From the IMG/VR virus record IMGVR_UViG_3300037634_007228, positions 1 to 64,000 of that record: DNA of 64,000 nucleotides; one strand, 5' to 3'. This DNA comes from a virus (lineage: Duplodnaviria; Caudoviricetes). The notes beneath the pieces are model-generated. The model was given only the letters and a program-made list of their open reading frames with translations, was not told the DNA's origin and made no database searches. Of this stretch, positions 8,208 through 17,518 are shown in pieces; the stretch's first letter is position 1; each line of letters begins with the position of its first letter. The translations under genes and the position numbers were made by a program.

Positions 8208-9926
8208 TTATACCAAATCTTCGACGATTACCAGACCATACATGTCTGGACGGACCATCTTCTTGGCGTAGCGAGTCATGACACCCTTACGCGGCACAAA
8301 GTCTTCCGTACCAAAGATGGTAGGAGTGACCTGTAGCGGAACGTAAGGAGCATAAACGTAACCACTTTCTAAGAAGCTATTACCCCTACGACCCACGAGA
8401 ATAACATTCCTTGGGAAATAAGGATCGACCCAAATGTCGAACTTCTTGCTGAGTGAACCAACGTTCATCGCACCGGCAGTGCCCTTATTACTGTCAACAG
8501 CAACATTAGCACGGAAACCAGCAGTGAACTCAAGAATACCGGCGACTTCGGGACCACAAACTAAGAAGTTTGCGCCACCGCGAATAGTCTTGCGGTGGAT
8601 TTGAGCCGAAACACCATTGATTGTCTCAATAAGCGTCTCGTACCACTCGCTAACCGTACCAGTGAAGTCGGGAGTACCAGAAGCACCAACCTCAACACCA
8701 GTATCGCGATTTACGAACTTACCCGCATCTCGGCTCCAGTATTGCACACCGGCACCCTTTGCAGCACCTTGAACGAGATCGTTCAAGATTTCTTGATCGA
8801 TTTCTAAGGCAATCTGCTCAGAGAGAATGCTAGTAAGCTCCACTTCAGCATCCAAGTTGTGGTAGGCATTAAGATCCTGCCCCAACTCGGGCGTCCATTT
8901 CGCCTTCAGCTTCTTGGTGTCGGCAGTGACAGCAACACTATTCACCTTGATGTTAATCTCGGGAATATTGGGCGTGTTTTCCAATGCCCAGTCCGCAGCA
9001 CCCTTAACGGAGCCAACGCCGTCGCCTGTCGTCCAACGATCGATCAACGCACCAGCCCAGTTATTAGTATCCAAAGCGGTAGCACACTGATCCACCGTTT
9101 CTGAACCTGTCGCAGCGCACACAACAAAACATCGTGTCGTATCATCAGGATCAATCCGCGTCAATCGGCGTTGCACCAGACCATTAGTCAGAGCGGTAAT
9201 CGGCGTGAGCGTAATCAAATCGTCCTGCAACATGTATCCATCCACAAGTTCGGAAACCGGGAAAGTTGCAACAGCAGCATTCGTACCAGAGGGAATATCT
9301 GCGTCATAACGCAGATAGCGATCAAACGTGCTGGCAAGTAAATCGCCTTTGAGAATATCGCCATTATCGGATGCTACAATGCCGCCGCCGTATGTACCGG
9401 AAGCAAGCAACGTGGTTGTCAAGGTAATAGCACCAGTAGGCGCAGCATAACCATTGTTGAGGGAGTACGGACCCTCTTCTGCGGGACCACCAGTACCACT
9501 GATGAGCAAGCCACCAGTAATCTGATTACCGACCCGATTACCGCCATAAATGGACTCATCGGCTGTAGCCACATTACCCAACTTTGAACCCTTGTAGACG
9601 AAATCCATGAAGAAAATCAGACCACTGGGCAGACTCATCGGTTGAACGGAGACAAGATCATTGGCGATCAACTCACCAAAAACTCGTCGGACGAGCGGAA
9701 ACGCGACGGCTGAAAAGCCTTCAACATCTCCTGCCGCCATTGTAGAAACTTCGCGAAGAAGTTCCTTGGCTTGGTTCTCTAAGAGCCGAGCCATAGTATT
9801 TCTCTTGACATCGCAATCGATACCCTCTAAAAGACCGGTCTTTTCCCACTTAATCATGAGAGCAGCACCTTCTTTACCGAGGTCGCGTGCAACGATGCCT
9901 TCTGTCAATTTCTTTAATGCAGACAT
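8208..9926 (-). CDS. Major capsid protein (T4 gp23-like)
   Basis: AFPLVRRVF, SVQPMSLPSGLIFFMDF, KKLKAKWTPELGQDLNAYHNLDAEVELT, GYVYAPYVPL, VMTRYAKK; SD AGGAGGT. Confidence 0.97.
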   Translation of the reverse strand: MSALKKLTEGIVARDLGKEGAALMIKWEKTGLLEGIDCDVKRNTMARLLENQAKELLREVSTMAAGDVEGFSAVAFPLVRRVFGELIANDLVSVQPMSLPSGLIFFMDFVYKGSKLGNVATADESIYGGNRVGNQITGGLLISGTGGPAEEGPYSLNNGYAAPTGAITLTTTLLASGTYGGGIVASDNGDILKGDLLASTFDRYLRYDADIPSGTNAAVATFPVSELVDGYMLQDDLITLTPITALTNGLVQRRLTRIDPDDTTRCFVVCAATGSETVDQCATALDTNNWAGALIDRWTTGDGVGSVKGAADWALENTPNIPEINIKVNSVAVTADTKKLKAKWTPELGQDLNAYHNLDAEVELTSILSEQIALEIDQEILNDLVQGAAKGAGVQYWSRDAGKFVNRDTGVEVGASGTPDFTGTVSEWYETLIETINGVSAQIHRKTIRGGANFLVCGPEVAGILEFTAGFRANVAVDSNKGTAGAMNVGSLSKKFDIWVDPYFPRNVILVGRRGNSFLESGYVYAPYVPLQVTPTIFGTEDFVPRKGVMTRYAKKMVRPDMYGLVIVEDLV

Positions 9927-9939
9927 AATTGTTTACCTC

Positions 9940-11022
9940 CTATGGTTTATTAATTCCTGCAAGCTTCTTCCAATGATCATACATCGGAGAAACTTTTTGT
10001 TTCTCTTCTCTTGGTGTAGAAGAGAGGATGAGGGAACGTGTTCTGTTTACTGCCTCAACCAATGATTTTGGTGCAGTTTCTTTGGTGCTACCCACTGATT
10101 CTTTTAGAGTCTCATAAACCAGTTTTGCTTCCTCAGTTGTTTTGGCTTTCGCCAAGGACTCGACAATTTTATTCTTTTGTCGGGTATTAAGTTCTTGTGT
10201 CTCCAACACTTTTGTTGCATAAAACAACTTAGCGTTACGGAGGTTTGCCTGTGCCACCCTGTTCTGCATCTCTGTTAGAACTTTTTTGGCTTTGACAAGA
10301 TTCTTTTTTGATTTCTTTAAGCTCTCGGTCAATTCAACATTTTGATCCGTGAGCTTTTCGTTCTTTTCGCGTTCGCGTGCCAATTCTTCTTCAAGCGCTT
10401 GACCCAGAGCAACGAGTTGTACGTTTTCTGCTTTATCCCCTTGAGTAGAGCCAGCCCAGCCGTTTGAAGGATAGATGGACGCGATATCAACATCAACCTC
10501 TTCAAGTAAAGTGGCGAGTTGTTCTTCTGTAAGTTCTTCCATTATGGCTTCTACATCTTCTGTTCCTTCTTCGCCGCCAGCCATAGGTTCAATAATTTCT
10601 TCTTCTCGATCAATAATATCTTCTGGGGTGGAGGGGTCCATCTCCGCATCCATAGCAGCACGAAGTTCGTCAAAGTCTATTTCTATTTCTTCGGCGTCAT
10701 CAAGTTCACCAGAAAGAACAGCAACTGCGGCGTCGGGAACTTGAGCCATTAAGGATTCTTCGCCGGGACCAACCTCTGGACCCATGTCGAGTCCCATTTC
10801 TTCCTCTTCTTCGCCCATTGCACCAAGGTCTTCATCGCCTGCGAGTGCTTCGTCGTCCATTGTTATATCAAGATCTTCCTCTTCCGGTTGTTCCAAAAGG
10901 TTTTCAATGGTCTCTTTTAGTTCAGACGAATACTTTTCGATTATCAAATGCTCCGCATTTTTAAGGGCGGTTTCCTTTAACTCTTTGGCGTCAGCTATAG
11001 CCTTTTCGAACAATGACGACAT
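9940..11022 (-). CDS. Prohead core scaffold protein (gp22-like)
   Basis: Very acidic middle, coiled-coil, C-terminal WKKLAGI; directly upstream of MCP; SD TAAGGAG. Confidence 0.75.
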   Translation of the reverse strand: MSSLFEKAIADAKELKETALKNAEHLIIEKYSSELKETIENLLEQPEEEDLDITMDDEALAGDEDLGAMGEEEEEMGLDMGPEVGPGEESLMAQVPDAAVAVLSGELDDAEEIEIDFDELRAAMDAEMDPSTPEDIIDREEEIIEPMAGGEEGTEDVEAIMEELTEEQLATLLEEVDVDIASIYPSNGWAGSTQGDKAENVQLVALGQALEEELAREREKNEKLTDQNVELTESLKKSKKNLVKAKKVLTEMQNRVAQANLRNAKLFYATKVLETQELNTRQKNKIVESLAKAKTTEEAKLVYETLKESVGSTKETAPKSLVEAVNRTRSLILSSTPREEKQKVSPMYDHWKKLAGINKP

Positions 11023-11050
11023 TTGCGCTTCTCCTTACAGAAATATTCCC

Positions 11051-11060
11051 TATAAATAGT
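11051..11060 (-). promoter_or_regulatory. Candidate late promoter motif ACTATTTATA upstream of scaffold/MCP
   Basis: Intergenic between rpsU and scaffold, 29 nt upstream of ATG. Confidence 0.65.
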
Positions 11061-11083
11061 ATCTACAGGAGTAAAAACTCTTT

Positions 11084-11290
11084 CTACTTATTTCTTTGCT
11101 GTTCGGCTGCTTTGCGGGCTAGCCTTTTTCTACGAAGCTTTTTCTGGCGTCGCACCGATGAAGGCGTTTTATAAAATCTTCGATCTCGGACTTCTTCTAA
11201 AATCCCTTCTTTTTTTACTTTTCGGGAAAATCTTTTGATTAGCCTATCGGCTGGTTCTTTATAACGTGCGTGGACCGTGACGTGTGCCAT
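11084..11290 (-). CDS. rpsU: Phage-encoded 30S ribosomal protein bS21
   Basis: 68 aa, DRLIKRFSRKVKKEGILEEVRDRRFYKTPS followed by a basic helix; typical S21 signature. Confidence 0.92.
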   Translation of the reverse strand: MAHVTVHARYKEPADRLIKRFSRKVKKEGILEEVRDRRFYKTPSSVRRQKKLRRKRLARKAAEQQRNK

Positions 11291-11291
11291 T

Positions 11292-11717
11292 TTATCTCTT
11301 TTTGCCCCGCGCCAAAGTTTTCCAACTTTTGCCGCCTATCGCCATGATGCCCGAAATATCCACGCCGGGGTCATTTGGAGCCACGGTGGCGAGCGGGTTG
11401 CCGGGGGACGGGTCAGTTGGAGCGGTCATTGGTTCAACTCCCTCAAAAATATTTGTGTAGGCTTTGTTTCCTATAGCTGATGTGAGTTGTTGACGTTGTT
11501 CGTTTAAGCGGGCTTTTTGAAGGTTGATGGCTTCTTGATTATGGTTGGACTCTGGTTGTCGGTGTTCAGAAACAATATGTTGCCCGTTGTGGGCAACATT
11601 CAGCCCATTGGCGACCTCTGTAACAACCTTGGTCAACACGCCACTTTCCATAATAACTTCATGGATACATTCTTTGATAATGGGCTTGATAAGTTTTTTT
11701 AGTTGTTCTCGCTTCAT
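11292..11717 (-). CDS. Hypothetical head-associated protein
   Basis: 141 aa, N-terminal LKKLIKPIIKECIHEV motif; coupled to protease and rpsU. Confidence 0.75.
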   Translation of the reverse strand: MKREQLKKLIKPIIKECIHEVIMESGVLTKVVTEVANGLNVAHNGQHIVSEHRQPESNHNQEAINLQKARLNEQRQQLTSAIGNKAYTNIFEGVEPMTAPTDPSPGNPLATVAPNDPGVDISGIMAIGGKSWKTLARGKKR

Positions 11718-12295
11718 TTCTTCCTTCCTACAAGAATATCATTGAGCGCACGATTAATGCGGTCTGCCTTGCAGAATAGGTCACGCTCTTTGCCTTCTTT
11801 CATCAAATATGCGCCGGGAGTTGAGGCTTCCGAAACAAGATCGAAACAAATAAGTTGAAAATCGTCTTCAACAAGCGTAGTATCGCCATCTTGTCGAGTA
11901 GAGCCTAAACCACGGGAGGAGATTCCCATTGAGCCACCGTCCATAACAATCTGCTGGGCAATTTTGCCAGCGGGAGTGTTTAAAAGCTTGAGCGTTCCAA
12001 AAACGCCTTCGCCGTCCATTTTGATTTCAGTTACAATATGCGAAGAGTTTTTCAATTCCACCACAGAACTATCAGGATGGTCAAGTTCTCCGTAGGAACG
12101 ACGTTCACGCACAATCTTCTTATAGTTTTCTATTTCGCGAGCCAGTGCGCGAGGCGGGTAAACTCTGCCATTGCCGTTTTTCTTGTTAGCCTGTTGAAAC
12201 AGCCCAGAAAGATAAATAAAGCCGTCATCGGTCTTGACTCCTTCGGTTTGTCGCTCCAATAAAAAATACTCAGTAAGAATTTGTTTCTTGCTCAT
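11714..12295 (-). CDS. Prohead core protease (T4 gp21-like, peptidase U9/S77)
   Basis: NGNGRVYP, GELDHP, GISSRGLGS, FDLVSEASTPGA; start moved to ATG 12295. Confidence 0.93.
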   Translation of the reverse strand: MSKKQILTEYFLLERQTEGVKTDDGFIYLSGLFQQANKKNGNGRVYPPRALAREIENYKKIVRERRSYGELDHPDSSVVELKNSSHIVTEIKMDGEGVFGTLKLLNTPAGKIAQQIVMDGGSMGISSRGLGSTRQDGDTTLVEDDFQLICFDLVSEASTPGAYLMKEGKERDLFCKADRINRALNDILVGRKK

Positions 12296-12297
12296 AG

Positions 12298-12375
12298 TCA
12301 CGACCCCTTGCAACAGTTGGTTGGAGGACGAAGCATCCAGTGATTGTCTGTAAAAACGCTAATGTTGATTCCCAT
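12298..12375 (-). CDS. 25 aa micro-ORF MGINISVFTDNHWMLRPPTNCCKGS
   Basis: Own SD (AAGGTGGAG) 4-5 nt before ATG; fills the gap between the DUF1360-like gene and protease; stops 2 nt before protease ATG. Confidence 0.55.
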   Translation of the reverse strand: MGINISVFTDNHWMLRPPTNCCKGS

Positions 12376-12673
12376 TATTCTCCACCTTTATTTTTATTCC
12401 CTCATCGCCAAAAAGTTGACTTAGAATATAACTTGTCCCCGAACTGAGCCATCCCAATAAAAATGGATTGACCAAGTTGAGTTCAAATGTAAATAGTTCC
12501 GTGTAAAAAGAAACACCGTAAACAAACACACCAACCCAAAAACCCAAGCACATTGAACACTGAAAGAGTTCTCCGAAAAAGCCCTGAGTTGGTCTAATTG
12601 GATCAAAGATTGACCCAAACACTAATATTTGAGTTAAGCCATACGCGGCTAAAATAAATATAATTAGGGACAT
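12359..12673 (-). CDS. Membrane protein, DUF1360-like
   Basis: Three hydrophobic segments, LFQCSMCLGFWVG motif. Confidence 0.65.
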   Translation of the reverse strand: MSLIIFILAAYGLTQILVFGSIFDPIRPTQGFFGELFQCSMCLGFWVGVFVYGVSFYTELFTFELNLVNPFLLGWLSSGTSYILSQLFGDEGIKIKVENNGNQH

Positions 12674-13197
12674 TATATCCTGTAAATAAGGGGAGTAACA
12701 AGGGGATCTTTGGGTAGCACGCCCTTGTCAGCTTCTTGTGGGACTTCACCAAGCTCCGTAGAATCCGCGTCATCGGGATCTAATAAATATTCTTCGACTT
12801 CTTCTTGGTAATATTCATCATAAACTTCCGAGCTTTCTTTGTTGAGCCATTCACCAATATGAAAAGTCACCAGTTGCACAATGGAACGTTCTTCGGTCGG
12901 CTCTACTAAAAGCCCCTCCAAGGAAGCATAAATATTTCCCCCCTGAATAGAATCAAAAGCCACTAAGCCCACATCGGCTAAATAGGTTAACAAGCGTTTC
13001 ATGGCGGCGTAGGCTTCATCCGTGTATTTGGAATCTTTGGCGAAAGCTAAAACTTTATTTTTATCTTTTTTGACGATGACATTGATATGTGGGTGCGAAA
13101 GAAACATCAAGTTGCCGTCCAAAGATTTTTTAACAGCGATTTTTCGTTGAACTGCTTGCTTCTTTGCGGCGCGACCGACTTTGATTTTAATCGTCAT
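12673..13197 (-). CDS. Hypothetical protein (head module)
   Basis: ATG 13197 (MTIKIKVG); acidic C-terminus DSTELGEVP. Confidence 0.75.
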   Translation of the reverse strand: MTIKIKVGRAAKKQAVQRKIAVKKSLDGNLMFLSHPHINVIVKKDKNKVLAFAKDSKYTDEAYAAMKRLLTYLADVGLVAFDSIQGGNIYASLEGLLVEPTEERSIVQLVTFHIGEWLNKESSEVYDEYYQEEVEEYLLDPDDADSTELGEVPQEADKGVLPKDPLVTPLIYRI

Positions 13198-13999
13198 TAG
13201 ATTGGATCTCACTAACTAATTTTTGTATCTTGAGAATATCGACAATGGCTTGCTCGGAAAGTTTTTTGTTTTTTATGTCATCGAGGATTTGAATTATCTT
13301 TTGGGTATTCTCTGTCATTATTTCATCTTCTTTTATTTCATTGACATCAAGACCTTTTTGCAAAGTGGAACGTAAGCGATCAATCTCTTCATTCAAAAAA
13401 GATGCCAACGAAATTTGATCATTAATAAACAACCCAAGAACCATCTTTTGCTCGGACAACAATGAGGAATATTCTTTATTAAAAGTCTTGACATATTGTT
13501 TGAAAGTAAAATCGTCCAAGCCTTTCTTTTTCTGAACGTTTTTTGTGGGCGCAGTCATTTGTTTGATGAGGGCGCTTTCTAAAAGCACTCGCGACTTGGC
13601 AGAAGTATCGTCATTAAAAAGCTGTGCTATCGAAGCTAACGAACGATAGTTGGGGACAAAATTATTATAAACGCGGGGTGAAATGGTTTTATTAACCTCG
13701 GAGATTAAAAAAGATTGATATTTGAATACTTGTTTTTTATCAAGTTGGCGGTGTTCGTTGCGACACTCCACCACAATCTTTGCTGCGGTAAGATGGTCTA
13801 CGTTTTTTGTTTCGTAAATGCTTTTATAAAGTTGAAGTTCTTTGTAAAGGGGCTTCCCCTTAGAAAAGTGTTCTTTGATTACTTTTAAAACTTTATTTTT
13901 CTTCTTCTTGTTGCCACGGACCACAGCTTTGGTCATTTCACGGACAAGCGCTTCAAATAAAAACGCCGTGTTCCTCTTCTTATTGTGCTTTCGCTTCAT
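13187..13999 (-). CDS. Hypothetical basic helical protein (head module)
   Basis: 270 aa, KHNKKRNTAFLFEAL N-terminus; overlaps portal stop. Confidence 0.78.
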   Translation of the reverse strand: MKRKHNKKRNTAFLFEALVREMTKAVVRGNKKKKNKVLKVIKEHFSKGKPLYKELQLYKSIYETKNVDHLTAAKIVVECRNEHRQLDKKQVFKYQSFLISEVNKTISPRVYNNFVPNYRSLASIAQLFNDDTSAKSRVLLESALIKQMTAPTKNVQKKKGLDDFTFKQYVKTFNKEYSSLLSEQKMVLGLFINDQISLASFLNEEIDRLRSTLQKGLDVNEIKEDEIMTENTQKIIQILDDIKNKKLSEQAIVDILKIQKLVSEIQSNDD

Positions 14000-15914
14000 T
14001 TACCTTCTCCAAACTTTCTATTAGTTTTTCGATTTCCTTACTGGAGTTCAAAATCTTGGACTCCATGTCTCCATAAATAGTTTTGTTCTCGGCAAAAACG
14101 TAGCCGTTGCCGAGTTTACTTAGTTCTTCTGCGCCGGTTGCTCGCTTTGTAGTCCGCTGACCCCCAACTGGGTTGGCGGTGGCTTTCAAGTGTCGTTTCT
14201 TTGCGCCGTTGGATCGCTTATCTACCTTTACGGGCTTATAGATTTTGCCGTTCGATTTGGTGGTAGTGGTTGCACCATCTTTAAAAGTGTAGTGGATGGT
14301 GTCTTCATCAGCCTCAGTGAGTTCTTCCTCTCCCGGCTCGACCAGAAGTGCGCCGCCTTCTTCTTCGCCCTCTTCTCCACCAAGATCAAGTTCGTCGCCT
14401 TCTCCACCCAAGTCGAGTCCTTCATCGTCGCCGAGGTCCATCGCACCACCGGCTTCGCCCCCTTCAGGTGCTTCACCGGCTGCTTCTAATGCAGCATTGA
14501 ACTTGGCATCATAGAACATTTCTTCTTCATTGCGAACAAACTCTTCGTCGCTCATATTGAAAAGATGAGTAGCAATCCAGCGTCGAGAAACAAATCCTTC
14601 AGTAGCGGTGCTGGCAACACCAAACTTCTTTTCCCAGCTTTCAAGCTCTTGTAGTTCTGCAATCTTGCTGGGGTTATTAAGTTTTAACTTGAAAGACAAT
14701 AGATCTTCGCCTCGATAGCCAAGAACATAAAGATGAACCAAGCAAATCTTTTCCAGTTCAGAAATCACCGAGCGCTGGAGTCTTTGTATGGTGCGTGCGA
14801 AACGAATATCCTTTTGAGCCAAAGTTGTTTTGTCTTCGTCGGCTCCCTCACCACGAGCAAGATACGAGCGCGGAATCTTAAGCGCAGAAAAGAGCTTATC
14901 TCGAAGATAGTTTACATCATCAATATCACCAGTGAACGCGCCACCGGGAAGGTTTTCAATGTCTGAACTCTGCCCACCACGAACCGGGATATAATAATCT
15001 TCGTCAATAGACATTGGGTTATAACGGAGGTCAACACGTCCCGTATCGGGATCAATGACCTGATTTCTTTTCAAAGAGGTTTTTACCTTTTCCATATATT
15101 GTTCAACATCTTCAGGGGCGATGTTACCGACATCGATCTTAAAAACCCGTCTCTCTGGCGAGCGAACAATGCGGTAAGCCATCATTGCATCTTCCAAAAG
15201 AGTAAGCTGTCGCCAGATACGTCGGGAGGGTTCCAACACAGATGTACCATAGGGAGCGTACTTGTCGTTACCCAAAATACGAAAGTTAGCAACTTGCCAG
15301 TTTTCAAACGTCATACCGGCTGAATTCCACTGATATTGGATATAGTTAGGATTGGTTTTATCTTCGCCTTCTAATCTTTCCACTTCGCCAATGGGGAGCG
15401 AAAGAACCGATTGAATGCCCATCTTTTCATCTACATCGAGATAAAGATAATAATCTCCATACTTGCACATCGACCGTGCCCAACCATAAAGATTATATTC
15501 AATATTTAAAACCTGATATAACAGAGTGCGGATGGTGGAACGAATTTCATCGTTGTGGCACAGAATTAGTAGCATGGGCTGCAAATCGGAAAAGGTTGTC
15601 ATTTCATCTGCATAGATGTCAAGAGACGATGCAATCTCAGGAGTATATTCCATTTGATCAAAATCTACATAGCGCTCCAGACGATTTTGGGCTGTATAAT
15701 ATTTGGCACTATAGTTATCATAAATGTTATAAGAGGACTTTTTAAACTGCTTTCCCGAAAGCGAAGTAAACTTGGTACTATATTTATCGAGTTGATATCT
15801 TCGAAATTTTCTTTGCTGCTGTTCATCATAGTTTACAATTGGTCCAGAAAATAATCGGGTCAGAACTTTGTAAAGTGGGGATGCGGTATTTCTTGGGTTT
15901 CTAGGGTCTGCCAT
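13980..15914 (-). CDS. Portal protein (T4 gp20-like)
   Basis: EIASSLDIYADE, YRIVRSPERRVFKIDVGN, EDYYIPVRGG, KLFSALKIP motifs; long acidic C-terminal tail. Confidence 0.95.
   Translation of the reverse strand: MADPRNPRNTASPLYKVLTRLFSGPIVNYDEQQQRKFRRYQLDKYSTKFTSLSGKQFKKSSYNIYDNYSAKYYTAQNRLERYVDFDQMEYTPEIASSLDIYADEMTTFSDLQPMLLILCHNDEIRSTIRTLLYQVLNIEYNLYGWARSMCKYGDYYLYLDVDEKMGIQSVLSLPIGEVERLEGEDKTNPNYIQYQWNSAGMTFENWQVANFRILGNDKYAPYGTSVLEPSRRIWRQLTLLEDAMMAYRIVRSPERRVFKIDVGNIAPEDVEQYMEKVKTSLKRNQVIDPDTGRVDLRYNPMSIDEDYYIPVRGGQSSDIENLPGGAFTGDIDDVNYLRDKLFSALKIPRSYLARGEGADEDKTTLAQKDIRFARTIQRLQRSVISELEKICLVHLYVLGYRGEDLLSFKLKLNNPSKIAELQELESWEKKFGVASTATEGFVSRRWIATHLFNMSDEEFVRNEEEMFYDAKFNAALEAAGEAPEGGEAGGAMDLGDDEGLDLGGEGDELDLGGEEGEEEGGALLVEPGEEELTEADEDTIHYTFKDGATTTTKSNGKIYKPVKVDKRSNGAKKRHLKATANPVGGQRTTKRATGAEELSKLGNGYVFAENKTIYGDMESKILNSSKEIEKLIESLEKVNEAKAQ
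14073..14081 (-). promoter_or_regulatory. Candidate late promoter motif ACTATTTAT within portal 3' end
   Basis: About 75 nt upstream of the next start (13999); could also be forced by T-I-Y codons. Confidence 0.35.
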
Positions 15915-15919
15915 TTATT

Positions 15920-17518
15920 TTATCCTTTCAATAAAGCGGGATACTGTAATTGTATATACGCTTGAGATTCCTTATGTTTATTTGGAGTGAACGAATCCTG
16001 CGTTGCTTTATAGCCGGTCATGCCGGAAATGCGAGTGTCAAACATTCCATTTGAAACACTGATAGAGTTGATCATCGCTTTTTTGTATGCCTCTTCTCGT
16101 TTATTAACAACCAAAGCCGTGTCTCTTACCCAGCAACCGATTGCCGTTGACATAACAAGGTCATCGTTGTAACTTCGTTGTGCTTCTGCTCTACCATTAT
16201 TCCAAATAAAAGTTGTCATTTCATTATAAAGCCTTTGCGAATTTATTTTAATTAGTTTATTTCTCACGAACTCTTCCAGTTTGGCAATAATAAGCGGTCG
16301 AGTTTTCGGTGTTGTGGAAAAACCAATGATGGAGTTGCTAACAGCCTCGGCTTGAAGCTTGTCCACATATTGATGTGTCCCCTTGATGGAATAATAAACG
16401 TTGGGATGCTCTAAATCTTTTAATTTTTCTAAAACTGCGATGCCAAGAGAGTTATTTTCCACCACTGTCAAGCAAAAGCCATACTCTCGCGAAGCATTAT
16501 ATATCATGTGTGAGTAGTCATCAAGATTTGGCTTACCTTGATATTCAGCCACTTGTTCAAAAGTATCTAGACGCCAAATGTGGAACGCAGAATGGTCCTT
16601 GCCGTCGCCACGAGCCACGTCGCCAACCAAAAGGTATTCGCAGCCTTCTTGATAGCCTTCCCAAATCCAAAAATTTCTATCAATGCCGGTCTTGTGTTGA
16701 GGATCGCGGAGATTATTTCTTATTTTTTCCATATCATCGGGATGGAATACTCCTTCTCCCGATTGATTGAAGGAACACTCAAGCTCTTGGGCGATTTCTC
16801 GCCGAGACATGTTGCGAGTTTCTTTTTCAAACCACTCTTGGTCGCGGTCGGGGTGATGGTGCCAAGGGAGACTCATGTGGTTAAAATCGTTTTTTCCTTC
16901 CTCGGCTTCTGTGTAGGTTTTGTGAAACCAGTTACCCACACCATTGGGAGAGGACAGGGCAATGCAGCGACCACCCGTGGACAACGTGGGGTACAAACCA
17001 GCCCACATCTCGTCCATACCTTCAACGAAAGCAGCCTCGTCCACTACAAGCAGCGTCAAGGCTTCTGAACGACCGGCATCTCCTGACGTGGAAGATGCTT
17101 TAATTTGTGAGCCATTCTCCAATTCAAATGAGGTTCTGTTATCGATAGTAATTTTAGAAATCATTATCCAATCGGGGAGATTCTTAAAAATAAATTTTAC
17201 TTTTTTCACCAAGTTGGTTGCGGTACTTAGTTTGGTGGCTACAACAAGAACATTCTTTTCTCGATGGAACAAGAGCATCCAAGCAATGTACGCAGCGGCT
17301 GAAGATGAAAGCCCCAACTGTCGAGCTTTGTTGATAACATTAAAGCGATAATCATTAAAATCCCTAATCACGTCTTCTTGAAAATCATAAAGACGAAAAG
17401 GAATCAGACCCTTAAGGGGGTGAGAAATTTTACAATAGTTTTTGATAAAATAAACGGGATCTTTGCCCGCTTTAAGGATTTCTTGGAGTCGTTGCTTCTT
17501 GGAAAGTTGATTGGACAT
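15920..17518 (-). CDS. terL: Terminase large subunit (T4 gp17-like)
   Basis: KARQLGLSS Walker A, LVVDEAAF Walker B, SSPNG, DVARGDGKDHS nuclease, NDDLVMS. Confidence 0.96.
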   Translation of the reverse strand: MSNQLSKKQRLQEILKAGKDPVYFIKNYCKISHPLKGLIPFRLYDFQEDVIRDFNDYRFNVINKARQLGLSSSAAAYIAWMLLFHREKNVLVVATKLSTATNLVKKVKFIFKNLPDWIMISKITIDNRTSFELENGSQIKASSTSGDAGRSEALTLLVVDEAAFVEGMDEMWAGLYPTLSTGGRCIALSSPNGVGNWFHKTYTEAEEGKNDFNHMSLPWHHHPDRDQEWFEKETRNMSRREIAQELECSFNQSGEGVFHPDDMEKIRNNLRDPQHKTGIDRNFWIWEGYQEGCEYLLVGDVARGDGKDHSAFHIWRLDTFEQVAEYQGKPNLDDYSHMIYNASREYGFCLTVVENNSLGIAVLEKLKDLEHPNVYYSIKGTHQYVDKLQAEAVSNSIIGFSTTPKTRPLIIAKLEEFVRNKLIKINSQRLYNEMTTFIWNNGRAEAQRSYNDDLVMSTAIGCWVRDTALVVNKREEAYKKAMINSISVSNGMFDTRISGMTGYKATQDSFTPNKHKESQAYIQLQYPALLKG

